DNA from: Planctomycetota bacterium
Lineage (GTDB): Bacteria > Planctomycetota > B15-G4
Length of the DNA: 64,000 bases
Reading direction: 5' to 3'
NCBI GenBank assembly: GCA_038212275.1
Contig: JBBQUR010000013.1
Span: 64,001-128,000, forward strand
The notes below the pieces were generated by a model. The model was given only the letters and a program-made list of their open reading frames with translations, was not told where the DNA came from and made no database searches. Every line of letters starts with the position of its first letter. The stretch's first letter is position 1. A program made the translations under genes and the position numbers. Below, in pieces: positions 17,761 to 27,914 of this stretch.

Positions 17761-19643
17761 GCGCCGCTCCCGGCAGGTCCGAAGGGCGCGCGCAGGAAAG
17801 CATCGAGCATGAGCACGAACCAGAGCTCGGTGCTGTTGTCCGCGTGCCCGGCGCGGTGGCCGGCCCAGAGGGCGACGGCCCGCGCGGGGTCCACGAGTTC
17901 GAAGACCTGCGCGTTGCGCTGCGAGAGCAGGTCGTCGAGGCGGCCGGCAAGTCCCGTGCGCAACCAGCGGTCCACCGGCAGGTGGAAGCCCTGCTTGGGA
18001 CGGTTGAGCACCGCGTCCGGCACGCGCCCCGAGAGCGCCTTCCGGAACAGCGCCTTGCCTCGTCCTCCCGATAGCTTGGCATCGGCCGGCAGACCGGCCG
18101 CGTAGTCCACGAAGTCCGTGTCGAGCAGCGGCACGCGCATCTCGAGGCCGTGCGCCATCGACATGCGATCGGCCTTCACCAGAATGTCGTCGGGCAGCCA
18201 CGTGGCGAAGTCCATGGCGAGTACGCGGTTCAGCGGATCGAGTCCGGCAGCAGCCGCGGCGTGCGGCTCGAAGCCCGTGCGCAACGGTGCCTCGTCCGCG
18301 ACCTCGGGGCGAAGCAGCAGGCGCGCACGCTCCTCGCTGACCCGCGCCATCGAGCGCACGTAGCCTGCCAGCCAGTCGTCCGCGAGGTTGCTGAGCAGCG
18401 TGCCCGCGCGCAGGGGCCGCGGAATCCACGGCGCACGCGGCCAGGCGCGACCCAGCGGTCCCAGCAGTCCGCTGCGCAGCGCGGACGGCAGGCGCGCGCG
18501 CCAGCTCTCCTCCAGCACGTCGTAGCGCGTGCGGCGATAGCCGGCGAAGTTCTCGTCGCCGCCGTCGCCGGAGAGCGCGACGGTGACGTGCCGGCGCGCG
18601 GCCTGGCAGACGAGCCACGTCGGCGCGGCGGAGGTGTCGCCGAAGGGCATCTCGAGGTGCCACGCGAGGCGCGGCAGCAGGTCGAGCAGCTCCGGCGCCG
18701 CGACTTCCTCGTGCAGGCGGATGCCGAGCCCGTCCGCGACCGCACGCGCGTGCGGCCGCTCGTCCATGCCGGGCTCGAGGATGCCGACGCAGACCGCATC
18801 CACGTCGCCGCCGCGGAGCTGCGACATGGCCGTGACGATGGCCGAAGAATCCACGCCGCCGGAGAGGAAGGCGCCGAGCGGCACCTCGCTCATGAGGTGG
18901 CTCTCCACGGTGGAGCGCAGGCGCGCCCAGAGCTCGTCGGCGTCCGGCTGCTCGCGCCCGGGCTCGAAGCGCAGCACGTGATGGCGCGCGCGCTGCAGCC
19001 TGTTCTCCGAGATGCTGACCGACGTGCCCGGCGGCATCGACTCCACGCCTTCCCAGATGGTCTGCGGCGAGAGCGTGAAACCGAGCGTCGCGCACTGCAG
19101 CAGGCCGACGCGCGACACGGCGGGCCGGCGCGGCAGCGTCGCGAGCAGGCTCTTGGTTTCCGAGCCGAAACGCAGGCCGGAGGCGTCGTGATGCAGGTAA
19201 AGCGGCTTGATGCCGAGCGGATCGCGCGCGAGGTGCACGCTGCCGTCGCGCAGGTCGTGCAGCGCGAAGGCGTACATGCCGCGCAGGCGCGCGAGCATGC
19301 CGGCGAGGCCCCAGTGCAGGTAGCCGTGCAGGATGACCTCTGCGTCGCTGTGCGAGAGCGGGCGTGCGCCGGCGGCCTCCAGCTGTGCACGCAGCTCCCG
19401 GTAGTTCCAGATCTCGCCGTTGAACATGAGCACGGCGCGACCGCCCGGCTCGCGGATCGGATTCCATCCGCCGCTCACGTCGATGATGGCGAGGCGCCGC
19501 TGGCCGAGAGCAACCTGGCCGTGGAGGTGCGTGCCGTCGCCGTCGGGGCCGCGGTGCGCGATCGTGTCCAGCATCGTCGCCAGCGCTTCGGCCGTCGGAG
19601 CCGGCCGACCGGGCGCCGCGATGTATCCCGTGATGCCGCACAT
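17757..19643 (-). CDS. asnB: Asparagine synthase (glutamine-hydrolysing) family amidotransferase
   Basis: MCGI N-terminus, HRGPD, RLAIID, FNGEI, LSGGVDSS, SGDGGDE and MAHGLEMRVP. Confidence 0.95.
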   Translation of the reverse strand: MCGITGYIAAPGRPAPTAEALATMLDTIAHRGPDGDGTHLHGQVALGQRRLAIIDVSGGWNPIREPGGRAVLMFNGEIWNYRELRAQLEAAGARPLSHSDAEVILHGYLHWGLAGMLARLRGMYAFALHDLRDGSVHLARDPLGIKPLYLHHDASGLRFGSETKSLLATLPRRPAVSRVGLLQCATLGFTLSPQTIWEGVESMPPGTSVSISENRLQRARHHVLRFEPGREQPDADELWARLRSTVESHLMSEVPLGAFLSGGVDSSAIVTAMSQLRGGDVDAVCVGILEPGMDERPHARAVADGLGIRLHEEVAAPELLDLLPRLAWHLEMPFGDTSAAPTWLVCQAARRHVTVALSGDGGDENFAGYRRTRYDVLEESWRARLPSALRSGLLGPLGRAWPRAPWIPRPLRAGTLLSNLADDWLAGYVRSMARVSEERARLLLRPEVADEAPLRTGFEPHAAAAAGLDPLNRVLAMDFATWLPDDILVKADRMSMAHGLEMRVPLLDTDFVDYAAGLPADAKLSGGRGKALFRKALSGRVPDAVLNRPKQGFHLPVDRWLRTGLAGRLDDLLSQRNAQVFELVDPARAVALWAGHRAGHADNSTELWFVLMLDAFLRAPFGPAGSGA

Positions 19644-20809
19644 CAGATGGCCCTCGACTGCATCAGCGCACGGTAGTGACCGACGTAGAGAGCCACCATG
19701 CGCTCGTGCGTGAAGGCGGAGAGGTAGCGATCGCGCGCTGCGCCTTCGAAGAGCGCCCGGCGGCCCGGGTCCGCGAGCAGCGTGGCCAGCGCGTCGCCCA
19801 GCGGGGCCGGATCTCCCGCCGGCACGAGCAGGCCGGTGATCCCGTGCTGCAGCACCTCGCCGTTGCCGCCGACATCGGTCGCGAGGGACGAGCGCCCCAT
19901 CGCGTGCGCCTCGACGAGCGACAGTGACAGGCCTTCGCTGCGGCTGCTGAGCACGAAGACGTCGGCGGCGGCGAGCAGGCGCGCGACGTCGCGGCGCTCG
20001 CCGAGCAGCGTGACCGCGCCCGGCGGCAGCGCGGACGCGCGACGCTGCAACTCCTCGCGCAGCTCGCCGATGCCGGCAATGGCCAGCCGCGCACGCGGCA
20101 GGCGCCGCCGCACGTCGGCGAAGGCCTCGATGAGCCCGGCGTGATTCTTCACCGGCGTGAGGCTGCCCACCGCGAGGGCCACCGGCGAGTCGTCCCAGCC
20201 GAGCTCCGCGCGCGCCGCCTGGCGCGGCCCGGGGAAGGCGCTGCGCGGGTCGTCGATGCCGTTGAGGAGCGTCGTCGTGCGCTGCTCGGGAAAACCCTCC
20301 CAGCGCACGAGGGCCTCGCGCAGCCGTTCCGACACGACGACCGTGTGGTCCACGCGACGCGCCAGCCAGCGGTGCAGCAGGCGATGGCGCAGCGGCGCAG
20401 GCATGTCGCGATCGTGCTCCGTGTAGAGCACAGGCAGGCGCCCCGCACGATGCGCGGCGCGCGCGCCGTGGAAAAGCGCGGTGATGTTGTGGCAGTGCAC
20501 GAGGCGGATGCCGTCCGCGACGAAGCGTGCCGCGAGCGTGCGCGCGTGCCCCGGGTCGGCGCCCTTGCCGCGCGGAAGGTGCACGTGCGCCACTCCGCCG
20601 CACGCGAGGTCATCCTCCAGCGGCCCGCCGCCATCGAAGGTGTAGAGCGTCGGCGTGAAGCTGCGCCGGTCGAGCGCCAGCGCCAGGCGCACGGCCATCG
20701 CCTGCAGGCCGCCCACGCGCAGGTCGGGGACGACGACCGCCAGCTTCACGGGCGAGACGTCGGCCTGGCTGACGGTCGGCGCGGCGGCCGGAGCGGGTGA
20801 TCCGCTCAT
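19643..20809 (-). CDS. Glycosyltransferase family 4
   Basis: GGLQ, YTEH, VKNH, DVFVLSSRSEGLSLSLVEA and TDVGGNGE. Confidence 0.92.
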   Translation of the reverse strand: MSGSPAPAAAPTVSQADVSPVKLAVVVPDLRVGGLQAMAVRLALALDRRSFTPTLYTFDGGGPLEDDLACGGVAHVHLPRGKGADPGHARTLAARFVADGIRLVHCHNITALFHGARAAHRAGRLPVLYTEHDRDMPAPLRHRLLHRWLARRVDHTVVVSERLREALVRWEGFPEQRTTTLLNGIDDPRSAFPGPRQAARAELGWDDSPVALAVGSLTPVKNHAGLIEAFADVRRRLPRARLAIAGIGELREELQRRASALPPGAVTLLGERRDVARLLAAADVFVLSSRSEGLSLSLVEAHAMGRSSLATDVGGNGEVLQHGITGLLVPAGDPAPLGDALATLLADPGRRALFEGAARDRYLSAFTHERMVALYVGHYRALMQSRAI

Positions 20810-22161
20810 GAGCCGGGGAGTTTCACGAAGGGATCCTCGTGGCGCACCCAGACCTTGTGCGCCGGGGAGGGTCCGAAGCGACGTCGTCGCGCCGAGGCGC
20901 GCTCGCGTTCGGAGGCCACCACGAGCGGCAGCGCCACCGCGACCGCGACGAGCTGGTACACGAGGTCGAAGTGCGCGCGATTCAGGAAGGTGGCGCCGAC
21001 CATGTAGCCGTAGAGGGTCACCTCGATGGCCTTGCTGTAGTTGCTGGCCCAGGCCTCGGCCGTGTCCTTCACCGAGCGCGTCACCGCGCGCAGCCGCCGG
21101 ATGGTCGTGATGAGGATGAACATGAACACGAGGTAGGCCAGCGTGCCCGACTCTGCCCAGATCTGCAGGTAGCTGTTGTGCGCCACGTGATTCTCGACGA
21201 CCGTCGTGCCCTGCGGGATGTAGACGCCGCCGAGGTAGCGCGGGAACTCGTAGAACATGTTCTGGAAGCCGATGCCGAACACCGGGTGGGCCTTGATCAT
21301 GTTGATCGCCACCTGCCAGCTGATGAAGCGCGCCTGGGCCGAGGCGTCCTCCGTCGCGTTGCCGATCGAGCGCAGGCGCGCGATGAACTCGGGCGGTGCG
21401 AGCAGCAGCGCGATCAGGCCGAGCATCACGATGCCCGCGAGCGCCGGTACCTTGAAGCGCGTCTTCATCGCCATGATGAAAAGCGTCGCCGACATGGCCA
21501 GGAAGCCGCCGCGCGACCCGGTGGAGATGATCGTGAGAATCGTCAGGAAGAAGGCGACGCGCATGAGCAGCTTGAGCGCGCGCCCGTAGCGGACCCCCGA
21601 AACGTCGTACGACACGTACCAGAGGAAGGGCAGGTTCATCGTGTTGGCCAGCGCGAAGTCGTTGTTGTCGAGCAGCATGCCGCCGGGCCCGTTGAGTGTG
21701 CCGCCGCCGGTCAGGAAGAACAGGCCGCTCTTGATGCCGTAGAAGCCGAGCGCCAGCGACACGACGATGCCGAAGCTCCGCAGCCGCTCGCGATTCACGA
21801 GCAGCGCGGCGGTGAGCAGCGCGATGAGCATCACCTTGACCAGCTCGAAGTAGCGGTCCTTCACGGCATCGACGGGCATCGAACTCGTGAGCATGGAGAT
21901 GCCGATCAGCCCGAGCATCACGATCATGGCGCGCAGGCGCGCATCCCTGCCCAGCAAGGGCCGGAACTCCCAGACCATCCAGCCGCCGATCATGGCCAGC
22001 GCCACGAACTGGCTGATGGGCAGCGCGCGTGCGAAGCCCCAGGTGAGGTCCTGTGTCCGGTTGTAGGCCAGCCAGCTGAAGGTCATCAGGCCGAACCATG
22101 GCCTCAGGAAGCACGCGGGCAGCAGCGTCGCGAAGATCAGGAAGACGATGACGTCACGCAT
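20806..22161 (-). CDS. O-antigen ligase/Wzy-like protein (exosortase-A-associated O-glycosylation ligase type)
   Basis: MRD start, RPWFGL, DNNDFA, TGSRGGFL, DASAQAR, GIGF and VAHNSY. Confidence 0.88.
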   Translation of the reverse strand: MRDVIVFLIFATLLPACFLRPWFGLMTFSWLAYNRTQDLTWGFARALPISQFVALAMIGGWMVWEFRPLLGRDARLRAMIVMLGLIGISMLTSSMPVDAVKDRYFELVKVMLIALLTAALLVNRERLRSFGIVVSLALGFYGIKSGLFFLTGGGTLNGPGGMLLDNNDFALANTMNLPFLWYVSYDVSGVRYGRALKLLMRVAFFLTILTIISTGSRGGFLAMSATLFIMAMKTRFKVPALAGIVMLGLIALLLAPPEFIARLRSIGNATEDASAQARFISWQVAINMIKAHPVFGIGFQNMFYEFPRYLGGVYIPQGTTVVENHVAHNSYLQIWAESGTLAYLVFMFILITTIRRLRAVTRSVKDTAEAWASNYSKAIEVTLYGYMVGATFLNRAHFDLVYQLVAVAVALPLVVASERERASARRRRFGPSPAHKVWVRHEDPFVKLPGS

Positions 22162-23353
22162 GGGCGGTCTCCCGCGCCAGGCTCTCGAGGCGTGCCAGCA
22201 CGTCGTCCCAGTCGTGCGCCGTGGCGACCCACGACTGGCCGGCGGCGCCGAGCGCATCGGCGGCGCGGGCGTCGGTCAGCAGGCGGATCGCGGCGCCGGC
22301 CATCGCCTCGGCGCCGTCGGCCACGAGGTAGTCGCGACCGGGCGAGCCGGTCAGCGCCCGGGCGCAGAAGCTCGAGACGACGGTGGCGCGTCCGGCGGCC
22401 AGCGCCTCGATGATCTTGTTGGGCAGGCCGCGACCGGTCGCCAGCGGCGAGAGGAACACCGCGCAGCGCGACAGCCCCTCGGCCACCGAATCCAGCGCGC
22501 CGGTGACCTCCACCGCGCCGCCCGAGTCCGTGGCGAGAGCCTTCACTGCGGCCGTCGGCGCGCGGCCCAGCAGCAGCAGTCTCGCCCCGGGCACCGCAGC
22601 GCGCACGAGAGGCAGCACCTTCTGCGCCAGGAACACCGCGGCCTCCACGTTGGGCGGATAGTCCATCTGTCCGAGGAAGCCGAGCGTCGGACCCGAGCGG
22701 GATGGCACGGGCAGGCCGGCCAGTTGCTGCCACGGCACGCCGTTGGTGAGCAGTTCGAGGCGCGCCGGGCGACCGCCGCGCGCCAGCAGATCGTCGCGTT
22801 CGCCGGGCGTGATCACGAGCGTGAGATCCGCGGACTCCGCAAGCTGCCGTTCGACCGGCAGCAGGCGTCGGGCCTCGATGCGGTAGATCCAGCCGCGCGG
22901 TCCGGGTGTGCTCGCGCCGAGCGCCTCCCACTTGAGCGCGTCGAGGTCGCAGAGATCCATGATGCGCCGCCGCGCGCGGCAGCGCCGCCACCACGCGGCG
23001 GTGCCGGAAGAGAACGCCCAGAGCAGGCCGTATTCGTGGCGCGCGCAGAGAGCGTCGATCGTCCTCTCCACGCGCGCGTCGCGGTGCCAGCCGAGCGTGA
23101 GGCTGCCTCCCGAGAGCAACGCGATGCCGGCGGAGACCAGCGCGGCCGGGCGCCTCCGGACGAAGACATGCACCTCGCGGCACACGGAGCGCAGGCCGGG
23201 AAGCGCCGCCGCGGCGTCCGCCTCGCTGTCGGCCTGCGCGACGAGGTCCACGGGCCCGAGCGTGGCAAGGCGCTGCAGATGCCGCCAGGCGCGCAGCCGA
23301 TCCCCCTTGTCGGGAGGATAGGGCGCCCTGTGCGCGAGGAAGAGCACATCCAA
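22154..23353 (-). CDS. Glycosyltransferase family 4 (TIGR03087-like)
   Basis: FLAHRAPYPPDKGDRLR, MDLCDLDALKW, GQMDYPPN and GLPNKIIEALA; TTG start after GGGGAG. Confidence 0.9.
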   Translation of the reverse strand: MDVLFLAHRAPYPPDKGDRLRAWRHLQRLATLGPVDLVAQADSEADAAAALPGLRSVCREVHVFVRRRPAALVSAGIALLSGGSLTLGWHRDARVERTIDALCARHEYGLLWAFSSGTAAWWRRCRARRRIMDLCDLDALKWEALGASTPGPRGWIYRIEARRLLPVERQLAESADLTLVITPGERDDLLARGGRPARLELLTNGVPWQQLAGLPVPSRSGPTLGFLGQMDYPPNVEAAVFLAQKVLPLVRAAVPGARLLLLGRAPTAAVKALATDSGGAVEVTGALDSVAEGLSRCAVFLSPLATGRGLPNKIIEALAAGRATVVSSFCARALTGSPGRDYLVADGAEAMAGAAIRLLTDARAADALGAAGQSWVATAHDWDDVLARLESLARETAHA

Positions 23354-23375
23354 CGCGGCCTCCCCGGCGACACCC

Positions 23376-25055
23376 TCAGGTGAGCGCCATCCGCACTTCA
23401 CGCAGGGTGCGGCGCAGCGCGGTGGGCAGCACGTCCGGAAACTCGGAATAGATGTACAGGCCGGTCGCCAGCGACAGCAGCACGAGCAGCATCGTGGCCC
23501 AGGTGAGTGCCTGCTGCACGCGGCGCGCCCGGACGTCTCGTGCGGTGAGAATGAGGTCCACCGCGCCGAGCACGGGAACGCCCAGTGAACGGCTCACGTC
23601 CTTCACCGTGCCGAAGGAACTGCGCGTGACCTCCGCGAGCACGGGGCCGAGCGCCCCCACGCCGAGTCCCGCGAGGAGCGCCACCGCCATGATGATGGCC
23701 GAGATGGGCAGCACGGGGTGCACCGGTTCCACGCCGAACTCCAGGATCTCGAAGGGCCCGGTCGAGACGAGCTCGAAGGCCGAGCTGTCCGCGCCGAAGT
23801 TGGTCGCGCGATACTGCAGCACCTTTTCGCGCAGCGGCTGGATCGCCACCTGCGTGGCGGAGAGCAGCTCTTCCGCGATATCGATGTCGGTGTCGAGCTT
23901 GGCGAGTTCCTGGGTGACTTCGGGCAGCCGATCGAGATTGGCCTGTGCCTCGTCGTATTCCTTCTGGATGGTGCCGAGCACGCCGCGCTTCTCGCGCTCC
24001 TTGGCCTGCGCCGTTTCGAGCAGCCCCTGGGCCGTGTACCAGTCCGGGTTGGTCTGCATCTGCATGCGCTCTGCGCCGACGACGCCACCGGCCTTCTCCA
24101 CAGCCGCCACCGCGGCGTCGTAGTCCTTCTGCGCGCGGATACGCTTCCAGTGCAGGGCCGTGTAGCCGTTGACCGGGTCCTTGGCCGCCTCGAGCGCCTC
24201 CTCCGCCTCGAGCAGCTTCGCGATCGCCTTGGCCTGCTCCTCGTTGTCGGGCGCGACCGGCGCGGGCGCTTCCTTGGGGATGAGCTTGAGCTGGCCGTTC
24301 AGCACCGCGATCTCGCTCTGCACCGACTCGAGCTCGGCCTCGGCCTTCTGGCGCTCGAGCACCATCGCGCCCTTGATCTCGTTGTTGACGTCGGGCGTGT
24401 TCAGCGCGGGGACGTGGTTCTCGCGCTCGTAGGTGCGCTTGGCGCCGAGGGCCGCCTCATACGCGGCCCGGCGCTCGTTGAGCACGGACTCCATGCGGTC
24501 CGCGGCGTCCTCGAGCGACTTCTTGTAGCCCTCGAGCGTCAGCTGGATCCACGCGTCGCGCAGGCGGTTCACGAAGTCCGCCGCCTTGCGCGGCGAGGTC
24601 CAGCGGAATTTCACCGTGATGTTCTGCGTGCCGACCGGGTCGGGAATCAGCTCGACGTTCAGATTCTTGCCGAGTTTCTCGGCGAGATCGCGGCGGTCCG
24701 CCTCCTTGCCCGCAGTGTCGAGCCACTCCACCCACTGGAGCTCGTTCATCACCTTGTCGATGCGCTTGCGCGAGCGCAGCTCGTTCTCGAGCGCCTTGAC
24801 CTTCTTGGGCAGCGGGATGTCCGCCAGGTTGTCCAGCAGCACGGCATCGGACACGACCTGCCAGTCGCGCAGCGAAAACGTCGTGGACGACTCGTACTTG
24901 TTCGGCCAGAGCATGGTCAGGAACAGGCCGAGCAGCAGGAAGACGGCAGTCGTGAACGCGACGCGCACCGCGTTGCGGCGGATCGCGCGGAGGACCTCCG
25001 CCAGCGCCTCGCGCGGGTCGATCTGCTGCACTTGCTTGTCGGCCGCGTCTGCCAT
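23376..25055 (-). CDS. Polysaccharide co-polymerase / chain-length determinant (GumC/Wzc N-terminal type, no kinase domain)
   Basis: N-terminal TM with PNKYESS, long coiled coil, second TM, LGVPVLGAV and a third TM; no Walker A domain. Confidence 0.85.
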   Translation of the reverse strand: MADAADKQVQQIDPREALAEVLRAIRRNAVRVAFTTAVFLLLGLFLTMLWPNKYESSTTFSLRDWQVVSDAVLLDNLADIPLPKKVKALENELRSRKRIDKVMNELQWVEWLDTAGKEADRRDLAEKLGKNLNVELIPDPVGTQNITVKFRWTSPRKAADFVNRLRDAWIQLTLEGYKKSLEDAADRMESVLNERRAAYEAALGAKRTYERENHVPALNTPDVNNEIKGAMVLERQKAEAELESVQSEIAVLNGQLKLIPKEAPAPVAPDNEEQAKAIAKLLEAEEALEAAKDPVNGYTALHWKRIRAQKDYDAAVAAVEKAGGVVGAERMQMQTNPDWYTAQGLLETAQAKEREKRGVLGTIQKEYDEAQANLDRLPEVTQELAKLDTDIDIAEELLSATQVAIQPLREKVLQYRATNFGADSSAFELVSTGPFEILEFGVEPVHPVLPISAIIMAVALLAGLGVGALGPVLAEVTRSSFGTVKDVSRSLGVPVLGAVDLILTARDVRARRVQQALTWATMLLVLLSLATGLYIYSEFPDVLPTALRRTLREVRMALT

Positions 25056-25058
25056 GCG

Positions 25059-25859
25059 TCAGTTGAAGTTGGGGTTGTTGTTGTTGTTGTAGCTGTAGTT
25101 GTAGTTGTTGTTGCTCTGCCCGAAGCTGTCCTGATACGAGACGATGGTGTTCGCGCTCTGGAACAGGGAAGCGATCGGCTTCAACGGCGCGGCCAGCGCG
25201 GCCACGAAGGCGGTGATGTATCCGATGACCGACGGCGTGAGGTACACGATGTCGTTCTCGCGGATCTGGATGTTGTCGCGCGTGAGGCCTTCCGAGATCA
25301 CGGCCTCGTAGTCGCAGCGGATGACCAGCGGATACTCCGGGTCTCCCCGGATGACCCGGATGTCGGTGCAGTCCACGAGCACCGGGTCGAGGTTGGCGGT
25401 GATGAGCACGTCCGTCAGCAGCTGGTCACCCTTGAAGGCGTACGACGACGGCTTGCGCGGCGGCAGGCCCGACACGTAGTAGCGCTTGCTGTCGAAGGTC
25501 GTCACGTTGACCACCATGCTGCTCGTGTCGTTCACGTACTCGGCGTAGCGCAGGCGCACCGCCTGCGTGGCCTCGTCGGGCGACAGGCCGTTGAGATAGA
25601 CCTCGCCGACCTCGGGCAGCGTGACCACGCCGTCCATGCGCACCTTCTCGCTGATGTTGTTGTATTCGGGATGTCCGGGGTCGCGCAGCGTGATCGAGTC
25701 CTGGATCCCGATGTAGTACTGCCTGTTGGCGTCTTCGGTCGGGCGGCCGAAGCCGCGCTGATTGAGCACCTGCAGCACGCGCGCGTCATCGGATGTCTGG
25801 CAGCTTGAACACGCCAGCAGCAGCACGGCGAGCAGCAGCCGGGTTGGCCTGCCGGTCAT
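25059..25859 (-). CDS. wza: Polysaccharide export lipoprotein (Wza/OPX family)
   Basis: Lipobox-like LACSSC, PES signature VRMDGVVTLPEVGEVYLNGLS, SLBB-like NIQIRENDIVYL and a C-terminal amphipathic helix. Confidence 0.88.
   Translation of the reverse strand: MTGRPTRLLLAVLLLACSSCQTSDDARVLQVLNQRGFGRPTEDANRQYYIGIQDSITLRDPGHPEYNNISEKVRMDGVVTLPEVGEVYLNGLSPDEATQAVRLRYAEYVNDTSSMVVNVTTFDSKRYYVSGLPPRKPSSYAFKGDQLLTDVLITANLDPVLVDCTDIRVIRGDPEYPLVIRCDYEAVISEGLTRDNIQIRENDIVYLTPSVIGYITAFVAALAAPLKPIASLFQSANTIVSYQDSFGQSNNNYNYSYNNNNNPNFN
25062..25112 (-). repeat. AAC-rich low-complexity tract encoding an Asn/Tyr tail
   Basis: Plus strand reads (gtt)n/(gta); translates as NNNYNYSYNNNNNPNFN. Confidence 0.9.
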
Positions 25860-25989
25860 GTCTCTCTCCACCGACCCTTGGACTCGCCGAACCGTGCCTC
25901 CGGCGCTCCCGTCCGCGCCAGGCGGCCGGGAAGGAGTCGGAGTCGATCCGCGGCCGATGATATCGACGGCAAGTGCCAAACGGATGGAG

Positions 25990-27009
25990 CTAAACGCCCA
26001 TCCGGGCCCCGTATTGCGTGGCGTAGTAGTCCCGGTAGGCGCCGGAACGCACGCGCTCCCACCAGTCGCGGCGGGTCCGGTACCAGGCAATCGTGTCCGG
26101 GAGCGCCTCCTCGAAGCGCCGGGCGGGCTCCCAGCCGAGGTCCGCGCGGATGGCGCCGGCGTCCATGGCATAGCGGCGATCGTGCCCGGGCCGGTCCTTC
26201 ACGGACCGGATCAGGCTCTCGGGCTTGCCGAGTTCCTTCAGGATGAGCCGCACGACCTCGATGTTCGTGCGTTCGCTGTTGCCGCCGATGTTGTAGACCG
26301 AGCCGGGCGCCGCCTTCTCGAAGCAGGTCCAGATGGCCGAGCAGTGGTCCTCCACGTGCAGCCAGTCGCGCACCTGCAGGCCGTCGCCGTAGACCGGCAG
26401 GGGCTTGTCCTCCAGCGCGTTGGCGATCATCAACGGAATGAGCTTCTCGGGGAACTGGAGCGGCCCATAGTTGTTCGAGCAGCGCGTGATGACCGCCTCC
26501 AGGCCGTGCGTGTGCACCGCGGCCCGCACGAGCAGGTCGGCCGCGGCCTTGCTGGCGGCGTAGGGGCTGTTGGGCGCCAGGGGCGTGTCCTCGCGAAAGG
26601 CGCCGGTGGGCCCGAGCGTGCCGTAGACCTCGTCGGTGGAGACCTGCAGGTAGCGCCGCACGCCGTGGGCACGCGAGAGGTCGAGCAGCACCTGCGTGCC
26701 GAGGATGTTGTTCCGGACGAAGGGCGTCGCGTCGAGGATGCTGCGATCGACGTGGCTCTCGGCGGCGAAATGGATCACGCCGTCCGGCTTGTGCTGCGCG
26801 AAGACCGCCTCCATCGCGTCCCGGTCGGCGACGTCCGCACGCACGAACACGTGGCCCTTGTCGCCCTCGATGGGCCGCAGGTTCTCGAGATTGCCCGCGT
26901 AGGTGAGCAAGTCCACGTTCACCAGCCGCACGTCGGGCCGCGTGCGACGGAGCTGCAGCACGAAATTGCTGCCGATGAAGCCGGCGCCGCCGGTGACCAG
27001 GATGTTCAT
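25990..27009 (-). CDS. rfbB: dTDP-glucose 4,6-dehydratase
   Basis: [38 protein letters not shown] and DRPGHDRRY. Confidence 0.97.
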   Translation of the reverse strand: MNILVTGGAGFIGSNFVLQLRRTRPDVRLVNVDLLTYAGNLENLRPIEGDKGHVFVRADVADRDAMEAVFAQHKPDGVIHFAAESHVDRSILDATPFVRNNILGTQVLLDLSRAHGVRRYLQVSTDEVYGTLGPTGAFREDTPLAPNSPYAASKAAADLLVRAAVHTHGLEAVITRCSNNYGPLQFPEKLIPLMIANALEDKPLPVYGDGLQVRDWLHVEDHCSAIWTCFEKAAPGSVYNIGGNSERTNIEVVRLILKELGKPESLIRSVKDRPGHDRRYAMDAGAIRADLGWEPARRFEEALPDTIAWYRTRRDWWERVRSGAYRDYYATQYGARMGV

Positions 27010-27037
27010 GGAGGACTCCTTGCGGGGGCGCGACGGC

Positions 27038-27913
27038 TCAAGCCGGGGGGCGGGCCTGGGGGCCGGCGACGTGGCGGGCAAGATAGCGGGCCAGGCCCTC
27101 CTGCCACGACGGGAGGCCCGTGCCCAGCGCATCGCGCAGCCGGGTGTTGCTGAGCACGGAGCGGGCCGGCCTCGGCGCCGGCCGTGCGAGCTGGGCCGTG
27201 CTCTGACGCTTCAGTCGGACTGAGGAGCCCGACTGGCGGAAGATCTCCGCGGCAAAGTCGTGCCACGAGCAACTCCCCGCGTTGCTCGCGTGGTAGGTGC
27301 CGTGCTGCGGCGCGAGCCCGAGCATCAGCCAGAGCACCGGCGCCAGGTCATGCGTGCACGTCGGGCTGCCGACCTGGTCGTCCACCACGGCGAGTTCGGA
27401 TTTCTCCGACGCCAGCTTGAGCATCGTGTCCACGAAGTTCCTGCCGTGGCTGCCGTAGAGCCACTGCGTGCGCACGATCCAGTGGCGCGGGCAGCGCTCG
27501 CGCACCAGCTGTTCGCCCACGAGCTTGCTGCGGCCGTACGCGGACAGAGGGCCGGTGGCGTCCTCTTCGGAGTATTCTCCCGGCGCGGGAATCGTTCCGT
27601 CGAAGACGTAGTCCGTGGAGACGTGCAGCAGCGGGATGCCGGCCGTGCTGCAGGCGTCCGCCACCAGGCCCGCGCCGGTGCCGTTCACGGCGGTGGCCGC
27701 GGACTCCTGCGTCTCGCAGAGATCCACGTTGGTGAAGGCCGCGCCGTTGATCACGGCATCGGGCTTCGCTTCGCGGAAGGCGCGCGCGACGGACTCGCCA
27801 TCGCTGATGTCGATGCCGGGAAGGTCCGCGTCGAGCATCGTGACGCCGGACGGACAACTCTCGCGCAGCGCAAAGCCGAGCATTCCCGCGCTTCCCGTCA
27901 CCAGCACGCGCAT
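27038..27913 (-). CDS. rfbD: dTDP-4-dehydrorhamnose reductase
   Basis: TGSAGMLG, STDYVFDG, YGRSKLVGE, DDQVGSPT and PAPRP. Confidence 0.95.
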   Translation of the reverse strand: MRVLVTGSAGMLGFALRESCPSGVTMLDADLPGIDISDGESVARAFREAKPDAVINGAAFTNVDLCETQESAATAVNGTGAGLVADACSTAGIPLLHVSTDYVFDGTIPAPGEYSEEDATGPLSAYGRSKLVGEQLVRERCPRHWIVRTQWLYGSHGRNFVDTMLKLASEKSELAVVDDQVGSPTCTHDLAPVLWLMLGLAPQHGTYHASNAGSCSWHDFAAEIFRQSGSSVRLKRQSTAQLARPAPRPARSVLSNTRLRDALGTGLPSWQEGLARYLARHVAGPQARPPA

Positions 27914-27914
27914 G

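Noticed and set aside
16573..22114. Apparent giant ORFs of 1022, 948 and 823 aa
   Set aside because: Only the C-terminal portions are real (GT4, AsnB, GT4). The upstream parts are off-frame overlaps of neighbouring genes, not fusions.
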